From an uncultured Planctomycetia bacterium (lineage in GTDB: Bacteria; Omnitrophota; Gorgyraeia; Tantalellales; Tantalellaceae): DNA of 64,000 bases. Below, piece after piece: positions 19,431 to 28,029 of this stretch (position 1 is its first letter; each line of letters opens with the position of its first letter). The position numbers and the translations under genes were made by a program. The notes under the pieces are model-generated. The model was not told the origin of the DNA. It saw only the letters and a list, made by a program, of their open reading frames with translations, and ran no database searches. The stretch lies in assembly GCA_964527765.1 (NCBI GenBank), contig CAZGQR010000008.1, positions 14,264 to 78,263 on the forward strand, in the 5' to 3' direction.

Positions 19431-20138
19431 TTAAAAAAGGTCTATAAAGCTGCTGCCGGTCACGTGGATATCGGACCCGGGACCGTACCGCCTTTCCGCT
19501 GTTTCGATGATCCTCTCAAGAAACCTGCCGGCAAACTCAGCGTTCCTGTCCCTGTGCCTGACATGTATATCGACGATAACACCGTGTTCCTTTTCCATCC
19601 TAACCGCGGCATTCGCGCTCCTGGATCCTCCCACAAAAGCATAGACCTTAAATCCGCCCCTGCTCTTGTGGACGGTGAAAAACATGCCTCTATAAAAAAG
19701 CTTTCTGGTGTTCCTATAAAGCGCGCCTTTGGAAAAAACCAAAAGGACCGGATCGAGGAATCTCCTCTTAATAAGAAGAGGTGTCAGGTTATGGCGTGAA
19801 AGAACGGCGATGACCCTGCCTGCCCGGCGCCGGAGGAAGGAATCCAGGGCAAAGACCCTGTCGCCTCTTTTTACGGTTACCACTTTCCCTCTGACCCCTG
19901 AAAAAGGGACCATCTCGCCTGAACCGGCAAGGGTATTATCGCCCTTGGTAACCAAATATTCCTCTTTCTTATTGACACTGAGAACACGATGGATAGCGGT
20001 CGTCCCGTTCCCGGAGATACTGTAAGTTATTATATCGCCTGACCCGATCAAACAGGGGTCGAATTCCTGACATATACATTCGTCCAGGGTTTTGATAAAA
20101 GGATACATGCTCTGGCCGTGAACAATGATCTTGCTCAT
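19431..20138 (-). CDS. S24/S26 signal-peptidase-like protein with degenerate GNAT-like C-terminus
   Basis: GQSMYPFI (catalytic Ser), GDIITY, IHRV (His), TKGDN; C-terminal IVDIHVRHRDRNAEFAGRFLERIIETA. Confidence 0.78.
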   Translation of the reverse strand: MSKIIVHGQSMYPFIKTLDECICQEFDPCLIGSGDIITYSISGNGTTAIHRVLSVNKKEEYLVTKGDNTLAGSGEMVPFSGVRGKVVTVKRGDRVFALDSFLRRRAGRVIAVLSRHNLTPLLIKRRFLDPVLLVFSKGALYRNTRKLFYRGMFFTVHKSRGGFKVYAFVGGSRSANAAVRMEKEHGVIVDIHVRHRDRNAEFAGRFLERIIETAERRYGPGSDIHVTGSSFIDLF

Positions 20139-20154
20139 AAAAAAATCAAGGTTA

Positions 20155-20454
20155 TTAAATGACGCCTAACCCGCTCTTGCACGTGTTAAAAGCGGCGTTG
20201 CCGTCTTTACAGGAAATAGTAGCCATCATGCCGTCCTTGCAGTGTTTCGGGGTCGGAGAATACTGGGATCCGGTAGAGCACCCCAGCGTGGCCGTACCCC
20301 CGTCCCTACATTGCCCGCCGGCCACCGCGCCGAAATCACAGAGCTGGCCCGCGCTGTGCCCGCTTTTGCAGTTGAACGCCTGGGCCCCCTTGATCGTCGC
20401 GCTGCTCAGATCGTGTGCGAGGGGCGGTGTGTATTTCTTCTTTTTCCTTTTCAT
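20155..20454 (-). CDS. Cys-rich RiPP precursor peptide with seven CxxG repeats
   Basis: Leader KKKYTPPLAHDL; Cys at 29,39,49,59,72,82,92, all CxxG; SD GAGGTG upstream; adjacent to PqqD. Confidence 0.85.
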   Translation of the reverse strand: MKRKKKKYTPPLAHDLSSATIKGAQAFNCKSGHSAGQLCDFGAVAGGQCRDGGTATLGCSTGSQYSPTPKHCKDGMMATISCKDGNAAFNTCKSGLGVI

Positions 20455-20465
20455 GCATCACCTCT

Positions 20466-20738
20466 TCAGGTTTTATATCCGATAAATCCGGTCTTTTTCA
20501 TGTCTTTGATAAAAGCACTATAGTCCCCGGCGGCTTTATCGAGAGTGACATCATAGGCCTCTGTCATCTTTTCGACAATGCCGGGGGCCGCATTACCGCC
20601 GTCGCACAGGTCCCAGACGAACATGCCTGTCTCATTTATGCACAGCATATGCCCGTCCGAGGGATTGAAAAGAAGCGCTTCTTTCTGTTCTTTCCGCGCT
20701 ACAATATCAGGATTTCTCACGGGATATTTCTTTTTCAT
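20466..20738 (-). CDS. scmD: PqqD-family RiPP recognition element (ScmD-like)
   Basis: RNPDIVAR, LLFNP, INETGMFVWDLCDG, YDV...A..D...FI..M...GFI; start ATG 20738 with SD GAGGA. Confidence 0.88.
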   Translation of the reverse strand: MKKKYPVRNPDIVARKEQKEALLFNPSDGHMLCINETGMFVWDLCDGGNAAPGIVEKMTEAYDVTLDKAAGDYSAFIKDMKKTGFIGYKT

Positions 20739-22452
20739 GGCCGGTCCTCTCTTTTTCAAGTTCGAACACCTTATCAGTGAACCACTCCGCGGTATCTCTA
20801 TGGGTAACAAAAAGAACGGTCATCTCCGGGAAACACGTCCTTATGCCTCTTAGGATATCGTCCTCCATCCCGGGGTCCAGAAAGGAGGTCGCCTCGTCCA
20901 TTATGAGTATCTTTGGTCTTCTCACCAGCGCTCTTGCGATCGCGACACGCTGCTTCTGCCCTCCCGAGAGAGACGACCCCAGCTCCCCTATGTCTGTATT
21001 ATAGCCGATGGACATCTCATCGGCAAGTTCGTCAAGCTTTGCCAGGCGCATGATATCCCGGACAAAACCTTCGGGCTTCTTTTCCCCCAAAAGCACATTT
21101 CTGATAATAGTATCATTGAATATGTACGGTTCCTGATGAACACAGGAGATATGCCTGGAAAAAGAGCTCATATTCATATCACGTATATCTATTCCCCCGA
21201 TCGAGATCCCCCCGCTCCAGGGTTTAAAAAGCCTGAGCAACAGGCCCAGAAGCGTCGTTTTACCCGCGCCGGAAGGCCCGGTTATCAGAGTCCATTTTCC
21301 GGCCGGCGCCACCAGATCCAATCCCCGGAAAAGAGCTTTGTCCCTGCTGTAGCCGAATGTAATATCGCTGGCCTCTATGTCCCCGCTGAACAAGGATACA
21401 TCCGGTACCCGTAAAGCTGGCCGGATCCCCTGGGGCTGCGTGATATCCCTGATGAAAACGGCATTTCTCTCTATTGACCGCCTTTCTTCGCTCAGGTTCT
21501 GGGCTATAGCTCCCAGGTTGTAAAACTCCGACAATATCATGGCGGAATACATGCTTACCGCGCTGAAAGAGCCGAGACTCAGTTTTCCGGTTATGATAAA
21601 ATATCCCCCTAAAAGCCAAAAAACCGCGGTACTCGCCTTCGAGAGGATATCGAATGCGATCCGTTCGTTCTGCCTGAAGACAGAAGACTTTCGCTCCATC
21701 CGGACCTTCCGCCGGAAAAGCTTCATTATCCTGTCCACTGCCCAGTCTTCCTTGAAAAAGCTCTTCACCAGTTTGATGTTTATAAGAAGATCATTGAACA
21801 GCGCGCCGTACCTGCTCGAAAAAAAGATATAACCGCTCTTTAGCCGCTGACGGCCCCGTGCCGCCCAGACCGTATGGATCGCCACCAGCGGCAGCGATAA
21901 AAGCACGAGCAGGCTCAGCTGCCAGGAAAGCAGGAACGAGAGGATAAAAAATACGGGTATCTTGACAAAGGAAAAGAAAGCCGGCAGTTCATAGAACACC
22001 AGGTTTTCGATGACTCCGCAGTCGTAATTCGCGAAAAAAGCGTTCTCCGCGGAACTCAGCTTTTTTATTTTCAGGTAATCGAGCCCGAAAAGCCTCCTCG
22101 CAAGATCATAGTTAACTTCAATGGAAAACTCTGTCCTGGCGCCGAGCATCAACCTCTCCGCCGCTATCTGCAATGCCTTCATCAACAGGAACACCAGAAG
22201 CCCGAGCACGGTGAACTTCACAAAAGCGCTAAGATCCCCGGCCATTATACCCTTATCCAGCGTGATCTTGGTTATGTAGATGATCAGAAGCCCGAGCGGA
22301 AAACTCAAAAGCTTCAGGATAAAGGCACGGGTCAATGAATTTCGGAACTTTCTCAGGATACCGAAAGCATAGACCAGAATGGTCCTGATATCCCCGAGAA
22401 CGGAAGTACCTCTCCCCAGCAGCGGATCCAGACTAAGTTTCAGGTCAAACAT
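20707..22452 (-). CDS. ABC exporter, fused permease + ATPase (no C39 peptidase domain)
   Basis: N-terminal TM domain; GPSGAGKTT, LSGGQKQR, IMDEATSFLD, VTHR. Confidence 0.92.
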   Translation of the reverse strand: MFDLKLSLDPLLGRGTSVLGDIRTILVYAFGILRKFRNSLTRAFILKLLSFPLGLLIIYITKITLDKGIMAGDLSAFVKFTVLGLLVFLLMKALQIAAERLMLGARTEFSIEVNYDLARRLFGLDYLKIKKLSSAENAFFANYDCGVIENLVFYELPAFFSFVKIPVFFILSFLLSWQLSLLVLLSLPLVAIHTVWAARGRQRLKSGYIFFSSRYGALFNDLLINIKLVKSFFKEDWAVDRIMKLFRRKVRMERKSSVFRQNERIAFDILSKASTAVFWLLGGYFIITGKLSLGSFSAVSMYSAMILSEFYNLGAIAQNLSEERRSIERNAVFIRDITQPQGIRPALRVPDVSLFSGDIEASDITFGYSRDKALFRGLDLVAPAGKWTLITGPSGAGKTTLLGLLLRLFKPWSGGISIGGIDIRDMNMSSFSRHISCVHQEPYIFNDTIIRNVLLGEKKPEGFVRDIMRLAKLDELADEMSIGYNTDIGELGSSLSGGQKQRVAIARALVRRPKILIMDEATSFLDPGMEDDILRGIRTCFPEMTVLFVTHRDTAEWFTDKVFELEKERTGHEKEISREKS

Positions 22453-23246
22453 GAAAAAACGCTTTCGTGTTTTTTAAAATCCAGCATTCGAAACCCGACA
22501 CGTTCAACGATGTCGTTCATTATATCAAAAACATTCCTCAAGTATTCTCCCCTGTCCACAGCTCCCACGTTTTCGCGGAAAAAAGAGGCCGATTCGGGCA
22601 GGGCCCTGCGCAGGGCCTCGATCCCGGAAACGGAGCTTACCCCGTTCTTATCGGACTTGTTGAGCAGAAAAACGCCGCCTATCTCCCATTCCTCGGGATG
22701 GCCCCACAGAGGTAGAAAACACGGAAAACGCGCCGCGAAAAACCTCTCGCCGGACCTTTTTACCACGCAGAAATCATCATGTATCACATGCAGGCCTTTT
22801 TTCCCGGCCAGGGAACATATCGTGCTTTTTCCGCCCCCGCTCGGAGCGATGAAAAGATGGGCTTTACCGTTCATCACCACGGAAGCCGAATGTATAAAAA
22901 CTATATCCAGGACGCTTTGAAGATCCATGACCGAAAGATTAAGAAGCCTGTCCACCAAAAAATCGACAGATAGTCCCCTTTCGAAAAAACAGAATATTCT
23001 CCTTCTTTCGGCGTCATAAAGCTGCGCGACCCTTTTCCCGTGAACCGTTTTAATGTCGGCTCTCAGGGAACTTTTTTGTATCCTGACCGATATATCCGTC
23101 CTCCCGCACCTGTACAGGAATATATCAAGATCCGCTTGTTCCGCCTCGGACGGACCGGCTGGCTTGAATATCACCGGCCTTTCCTGAAAATTAAGAAAAT
23201 TCAGCCGTATGTTCGTTCCCAGAGCTTTATAACAGATCTTTTCCAT
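22440..23246 (-). CDS. scmC: HPr-kinase-related P-loop protein (ScmC-like)
   Basis: FIHSASV, LFIAPSGGGKST, IHDD signature of HprK-related kinases. Confidence 0.75.
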   Translation of the reverse strand: MEKICYKALGTNIRLNFLNFQERPVIFKPAGPSEAEQADLDIFLYRCGRTDISVRIQKSSLRADIKTVHGKRVAQLYDAERRRIFCFFERGLSVDFLVDRLLNLSVMDLQSVLDIVFIHSASVVMNGKAHLFIAPSGGGKSTICSLAGKKGLHVIHDDFCVVKRSGERFFAARFPCFLPLWGHPEEWEIGGVFLLNKSDKNGVSSVSGIEALRRALPESASFFRENVGAVDRGEYLRNVFDIMNDIVERVGFRMLDFKKHESVFSCLT

Positions 23247-24369
23247 ATCCCGCTCTCAGGGCTTCAGGCACGAGCCTGGTCGAAGGGAAAAAACCGTTAT
23301 CATAGGCTTCCTGACAGAACCAGTATGGAGCGAAAAGGTTCCCGGTGTTATGGTAGACCTCGGCTCTGCAGCTCCCCAGACATCTGTTCCTGAAAACACA
23401 GATACCGCAAACGCCCTCCAGGTTGAACGGTATTTCCTTCTTTATCCTGTTAAGAAGGGCGTTCTCGCGCCATATATGCCCCAATTTGGAAGGGTCTTTC
23501 CTGACCGTTCCGAAAACCAGTTTTTCATCAATATGGCCTATTCCGCATATAGATACGCTCCCGTCGGGCAGGATGCCGAGTATGTTCTTGATATTGCACA
23601 CCCCGCAGATCCCCGTGCGCACTTCCTCGACGCTCTTAAAAGCCACCGGTATGTCCAGATACAACAATCCACGGTATGATCTCCTGATGCCTTCAAGCTT
23701 CTCGGCGAATTCCAGGAGCTCTCTGACGGAAGGCACTTCCCCTCTTTCATGCAGTTCGGCTCCCCTGCCCAGGGGTGATATCGTATTCAATTTGATATTG
23801 TTCACCCCCAGTTCCCACATCGACTCTATAAACCCGATAATATCGGCAAAATTCTCCCTGTACATGCTTATTATCACCTGCGGGAACACGCCTTCCGCGA
23901 CCAGCGCCCTGATCCCTGCCAATGCCCTTTTGAACGCCCCCTTCCTTCCTCTGAAATGGTCGTTCATTTCCTCCAGGTGGCTGTCAAGGCTTACGGATAT
24001 ATAAAACGCCTTGTATTTTTTTATGGCGGAGGCCATCTTGCCGTCAATGAGGGTACCGTTCGTTTCTATGCCCACTTTTATATCCTCATCATGGCAAAAC
24101 CGTAATAGTTCTCCGATATCTTTCCGCAGCAACGGTTCGCCTCCGGTAAACTTCACATCCTTAAGCCCCAGTTCTTTCGCCGCTTTAATAATGGCGACTA
24201 TCTCCCCTGTCGATAGCTCCTCGTCATCATCCAGGCTTTCTTTCAAGGGAGGGGATATCCAACAATGCCTGCACCTCAGGTTACAATACCTGGTGGGATT
24301 TATATATAAACTTGTGAGATCTTTCCCGGGTATCCCGCTATCCGTGTTCCTCTTGTCACATAACCCCAT
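23227..24369 (-). CDS. scmF: Radical SAM/SPASM enzyme (ScmF-like)
   Basis: CNLRCRHCW, FTGGEP, ETNGTL; SPASM CGVC...ICG...CGICVFRNRCLGSC...APYWFC; start ATG 24369 with SD GAGGT. Confidence 0.9.
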   Translation of the reverse strand: MGLCDKRNTDSGIPGKDLTSLYINPTRYCNLRCRHCWISPPLKESLDDDEELSTGEIVAIIKAAKELGLKDVKFTGGEPLLRKDIGELLRFCHDEDIKVGIETNGTLIDGKMASAIKKYKAFYISVSLDSHLEEMNDHFRGRKGAFKRALAGIRALVAEGVFPQVIISMYRENFADIIGFIESMWELGVNNIKLNTISPLGRGAELHERGEVPSVRELLEFAEKLEGIRRSYRGLLYLDIPVAFKSVEEVRTGICGVCNIKNILGILPDGSVSICGIGHIDEKLVFGTVRKDPSKLGHIWRENALLNRIKKEIPFNLEGVCGICVFRNRCLGSCRAEVYHNTGNLFAPYWFCQEAYDNGFFPSTRLVPEALRAGYGKDLL

Positions 24370-24374
24370 ATAGC

Positions 24375-25472
24375 TTACCTCTGTTTTGACAAAACAATAT
24401 CCTCTTGCACCCTGAAGCCGTACAGATCCGAGAAAACAAGACAGGTCGACATGTTGATACCTCTCAAGTTCTCTCCGGCCGAATAATAAGCCGCCGCCCG
24501 GCATCCTCCGTTGCAATACGTGAGATAATCGCACCTGCTGCATTCTTTCCCGTATTTGACGAGAGGCTCATCCGCAAGCGACCTTATCTCGTTAAGGACT
24601 CCGGAATTCTCCCAGATATCCCTGAGCGACTGCTTCCTTGTGTCGCCGCAGACCAGCGTCCAGAACGCCGAACACGGGACCACCTTTCCGTCGGAACGTA
24701 TGGCCAGCATGGTATGTCCCGCGGGACAGGTAGAAAACGTCCCCCTGGCCCCCTTATCGCGGCCTTTCGCATAAAAGTCGCAAAGCATGTTTGTTTTCTG
24801 GCCGAGCGTCCCGCCCAGGCTGAAACCGGGATATTTCTCTTTCAACCGGAACATGGTCTCCATTATCCGGCGGTGCATCCCGCCCTCAAAGGTCAGTTCA
24901 TTGGCATAAACGGAAGCTCTGCCGCATGTCACGGCATCGCCGAAATCCATGCCCGAAAGGCCGAGGTCCATGGCCAGACGGACCATGTTCTCGATATCGT
25001 CCAGATTGTGTCTGTTGACTATGGCCTTGATGGAAACCGGAAGCTTTTCTTTTATGAGAAGTCTGACGCCGTTCAACGCTTTCTCGAATGAACCTTCCCC
25101 CCGCTGCCAGTCGTGGGCGGAAGCGCTGGAACCGTCGATGCTCACCTGCGTCCCGGCCAGGAACCTCATGCCTCTCATCCACTCCACGGCTTCCTCTCCG
25201 ATAAGGGTACCGTTGGTAAGGATGGTGACCCTCATCGGATAATTGTTAAGTATGCCCAGAAGTTCACGGATCCTCGGATAAATGAACGGCTCTCCGCCGA
25301 AGAGGTTCAGGCTAAAAACCTTCTCTGCCTTAAGCTGGTCCAGCACCTTTATTAATTCATCAAAGGAAAGCTGGTCTTTAAGATGCCAGGTGTCGGAAGT
25401 ATTGCAGTGCTTGCACCTCAGATTGCACCTGCCGGTAATGGCCAGGTCCACTATGGTGGGAAAAGGTCTCAT
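24375..25472 (-). CDS. scmE: Radical SAM/SPASM enzyme (ScmE-like)
   Basis: VDLAITGRCNLRCKHC, FGGEP, TNGTL, QVSIDG; SPASM CPAG...PC...CSRCDYLTYCNGGC...C. Confidence 0.9.
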   Translation of the reverse strand: MRPFPTIVDLAITGRCNLRCKHCNTSDTWHLKDQLSFDELIKVLDQLKAEKVFSLNLFGGEPFIYPRIRELLGILNNYPMRVTILTNGTLIGEEAVEWMRGMRFLAGTQVSIDGSSASAHDWQRGEGSFEKALNGVRLLIKEKLPVSIKAIVNRHNLDDIENMVRLAMDLGLSGMDFGDAVTCGRASVYANELTFEGGMHRRIMETMFRLKEKYPGFSLGGTLGQKTNMLCDFYAKGRDKGARGTFSTCPAGHTMLAIRSDGKVVPCSAFWTLVCGDTRKQSLRDIWENSGVLNEIRSLADEPLVKYGKECSRCDYLTYCNGGCRAAAYYSAGENLRGINMSTCLVFSDLYGFRVQEDIVLSKQR

Positions 25473-25491
25473 TTCAGGTTTTTCAATGTGT

Positions 25492-26268
25492 TTAATATTT
25501 TTCTCCGAATACCGACGCGCAGTGCTTAAATATTATCAGGCCCTCGGAATTAAAAAGCCATATTATCCTGTAAAAATCCTCTTTGGACAACGCGGTTGCC
25601 AATTTCTTGTTCACATCCCGCCGGACGGCTTTCAGGTCTCTTGTGCCGTCAAAAAATTTTACAAGATCCATAAGGGCTTTATCATCAAGACCGGGATTCG
25701 CAAAATCACGGCGAGAGGTAACCAGGCCGCATTTGCTCGTAACGTCCTTTACGAAATGAAGTTCCCTTTTTTCCCTGGAATAAAAAAGCGTCTTCAACCT
25801 GGTAAGAGGATTTGAAACGAACTTCATATCCTCCTTAAGCATTTCCATGATATACTCGTCAAGGCCTTTTTTCCTTTCCTTTTCGGGCTTCCGGCCCCTG
25901 GGCAGGTAGGCAAAGGATATTTGCCAGCCGTCCCTGCAGTAAAATTTTCTGCACGCCCCCGGCCTGTCCGGATAGATCGAGCATCTGTTGTCCTTGCCCA
26001 GGTACACGCAGGACCTGTCAGGTCTCCTCTCAAGCCACCACTCCCTGTTAACGCAGCTGGAGTCCTTGTTTTCGCATTCCTTCCTGGTCAGCCTGCATAC
26101 CTCCCTGGCCTTGTATTTTCCGGACCGGAACTCCTTCTCGCTGAGATTTACGTCATACGTCCTGCAGCAGATCGCCTCGCACAGGTCGCGGACCTCATCG
26201 CAGTTCCCGTTGCCGAAGAAAAGCCTTTTGTTTTTCGCGTCCAGTTTTAATTTTTGAGATCTCTTCAT
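25492..26268 (-). CDS. YkgJ-family (CxxCxxCC) Cys-cluster protein with C-terminal RRE/PqqD-like domain
   Basis: CDEVRDLCEAICC, CVYLGKDNRCSIYPDRPGACRKFYC; tail LVKFFDGTRDL...EDFYRIIWLFNSEGLI; start ATG 26268. Confidence 0.75.
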   Translation of the reverse strand: MKRSQKLKLDAKNKRLFFGNGNCDEVRDLCEAICCRTYDVNLSEKEFRSGKYKAREVCRLTRKECENKDSSCVNREWWLERRPDRSCVYLGKDNRCSIYPDRPGACRKFYCRDGWQISFAYLPRGRKPEKERKKGLDEYIMEMLKEDMKFVSNPLTRLKTLFYSREKRELHFVKDVTSKCGLVTSRRDFANPGLDDKALMDLVKFFDGTRDLKAVRRDVNKKLATALSKEDFYRIIWLFNSEGLIIFKHCASVFGEKY

Positions 26269-26317
26269 GACGCCCCCGGGTGCTTGTGTAAGATGTGTGA
26301 CTCTTTGCTGAAACGTT

Positions 26318-26345
26318 ATTATAACAGATTTTCCCTTATCATCAA
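26318..26345 (-). promoter_or_regulatory. Putative dedicated promoter of the RiPP cassette
   Basis: Perfect extended -10 TGTTATAAT (26326-26318) with TTGATG 16 nt upstream of the hexamer. Confidence 0.6.
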
Positions 26346-27388
26346 AGGTATGCCTTGACCGCGTCGATGACCCTTTCCTGTTCTTGCGCGCTGAGGGAAG
26401 GGTAGATAGGTATGGACAAACAGCCGGAATAGGCCTCGTCCGTGCTCCGGAAACCGGACCTGAGCTCCAGGTACCGGTGCAGCGGTTTATACACGGGCCT
26501 TTTGCAGATAATGCCCTTTTCACCCATCCGTGAGATCGCCGCCGATATATCCTTTTTTGTCCTTACTACGTACCGGTAATAAACATGGTCGAATTCGCCC
26601 TTCGGCAACACCAGGTCCAGGTCCTTGAAAGCTTTATCATAACGCACGGCTATTTCTTTTCTCCGTCGGATAAATCCGGGGAGTTTTTCAAGCTGCGCCA
26701 CTCCCATGGCGGCCTGCACGTCCGTCATCTTGTAATTGAAGCGGACCCTGTAGTCCTCTTTCTCGTCATAATCGCGGAGGTCCCGCGCGAGGCGAAGGAT
26801 CTCCTCGTCATCGGAAAGAAGCGCCCCGCCTTCGCCGCAGGCCAGCATCTTATTGGCGTAAAAGGAAAGGATGCCGAAACGCCCGATACTTCCCGCCCGC
26901 CTGTCCCCGTACATCGCCCCGATAGACTGGGCGCAATCCTCAACAACGGGAACACCCGCCTCCTTGATCCTCCCGATGTCAGCGGGATTTCCGAACATGT
27001 GCGGCACGATAACGGCACCGGCGGCATCCGTTATATTATCTTTAACGCTCTCCGGGGAAATATTAAAACTTTCCGGTTCTATATCGCAGAGGCGGGGCCC
27101 GGCACCTGTCTGATATACGGCATTCAACGGCGCGCTGCACACATAGGACGGAAGCAGCACATCATCACCCGGACCCACTCCCAGGGCCGCAAGGCCCAGA
27201 TGCAGGGCTGATGTGCCTGAACTGGTCACGACCGCCGCCCTGACGCCCGCGAACCGGGCCAGGCGCTCCTCAAGCTCCCTTACCCTGTCCCCCTGGGTAA
27301 TATGTCCTGACTTTATTACTTCCGAAACTGCCTTTAACTCTTCATCTCCCAGAGTAGGCCTCGAATGCGGAATGATCTTTTCGGCCAT
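26342..27388 (-). CDS. DegT/DnrJ/EryC1/StrS PLP-dependent sugar aminotransferase
   Basis: SSGTSALHL, VEDCAQSIG, SFYANKML.CGEGG, NYKMTD, LSIPIYP. Confidence 0.95.
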   Translation of the reverse strand: MAEKIIPHSRPTLGDEELKAVSEVIKSGHITQGDRVRELEERLARFAGVRAAVVTSSGTSALHLGLAALGVGPGDDVLLPSYVCSAPLNAVYQTGAGPRLCDIEPESFNISPESVKDNITDAAGAVIVPHMFGNPADIGRIKEAGVPVVEDCAQSIGAMYGDRRAGSIGRFGILSFYANKMLACGEGGALLSDDEEILRLARDLRDYDEKEDYRVRFNYKMTDVQAAMGVAQLEKLPGFIRRRKEIAVRYDKAFKDLDLVLPKGEFDHVYYRYVVRTKKDISAAISRMGEKGIICKRPVYKPLHRYLELRSGFRSTDEAYSGCLSIPIYPSLSAQEQERVIDAVKAYL

Positions 27389-27408
27389 ATATGATCCTTT
27401 CATTCTTG

Positions 27409-28029
27409 CTACTCGATATCCAGCAGATACCTTAGCGCCCGGAATCCCTCGGCATATTTGACCTTGGCCTGGAATCCGCGAAAATTGGCAACCGCAATAA
27501 CACTCTCGACCATATCCAGACTGGTAGGGTATTCCCTTTCCACCTGCGACCTGTGAAGCTTTAGAAGTTTGCCCTTTTCATGCAGTTCTTCCCCGATATC
27601 CACGAAGATATCCGGCTCGAAGTTCCTGGACGTGTAATCCTCGTAAAAGATGACCTTCTTGTGATATCGCGCGGCGACGATGGTGCTTTCGGTAAGATAC
27701 CTGTGATCCTGGTGAGTGTCGTCGGGGTAATTGACGAAGATCAGGTCAGGATCGCATTCCTTTATGGCTTCTTCTATCTTCTCTATAAGTTCTTTACTGG
27801 CCGTGAGGCGCGTATCCATGAACCCGCCCCAGTAGACCTTTTTCACCCCCAGAAATTCAGCGGCTTTTTCCTGCTCCTTTATCCTGACCTCCGCTCCCCC
27901 GCTGAAATCACCATGGGTCGCTATGAAAAAACGTATATCCGCCTTTCGCCGTTTTTTCAGCTTCAAAAGCGTCCCCCCGCATCCGTACTCTATGTCATCC
28001 GGGTGCGCGCCTATCGCTAATATATTCAT
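27409..28029 (-). CDS. PIG-L/LmbE-family deacetylase
   Basis: AHPDDIEYG, DTHQDH, AEGF. Confidence 0.92.
   Translation of the reverse strand: MNILAIGAHPDDIEYGCGGTLLKLKKRRKADIRFFIATHGDFSGGAEVRIKEQEKAAEFLGVKKVYWGGFMDTRLTASKELIEKIEEAIKECDPDLIFVNYPDDTHQDHRYLTESTIVAARYHKKVIFYEDYTSRNFEPDIFVDIGEELHEKGKLLKLHRSQVEREYPTSLDMVESVIAVANFRGFQAKVKYAEGFRALRYLLDIE

Noticed and set aside
20155-20454. Interpretation as a lasso peptide cluster because of the leader motif, PqqD, kinase and nucleotidyltransferase
   Set aside because: No asparagine-synthetase-like cyclase or transglutaminase-like B2 protease in the window; the core is long and Cys-periodic with two SPASM enzymes
26269-26523. N-terminal extension of the YkgJ ORF (and likewise 24370-24543 for the ScmF-like ORF and 20739-20810 for PqqD)
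   Set aside because: These overlap upstream genes or the promoter; better starts with SD-like sequences lie downstream
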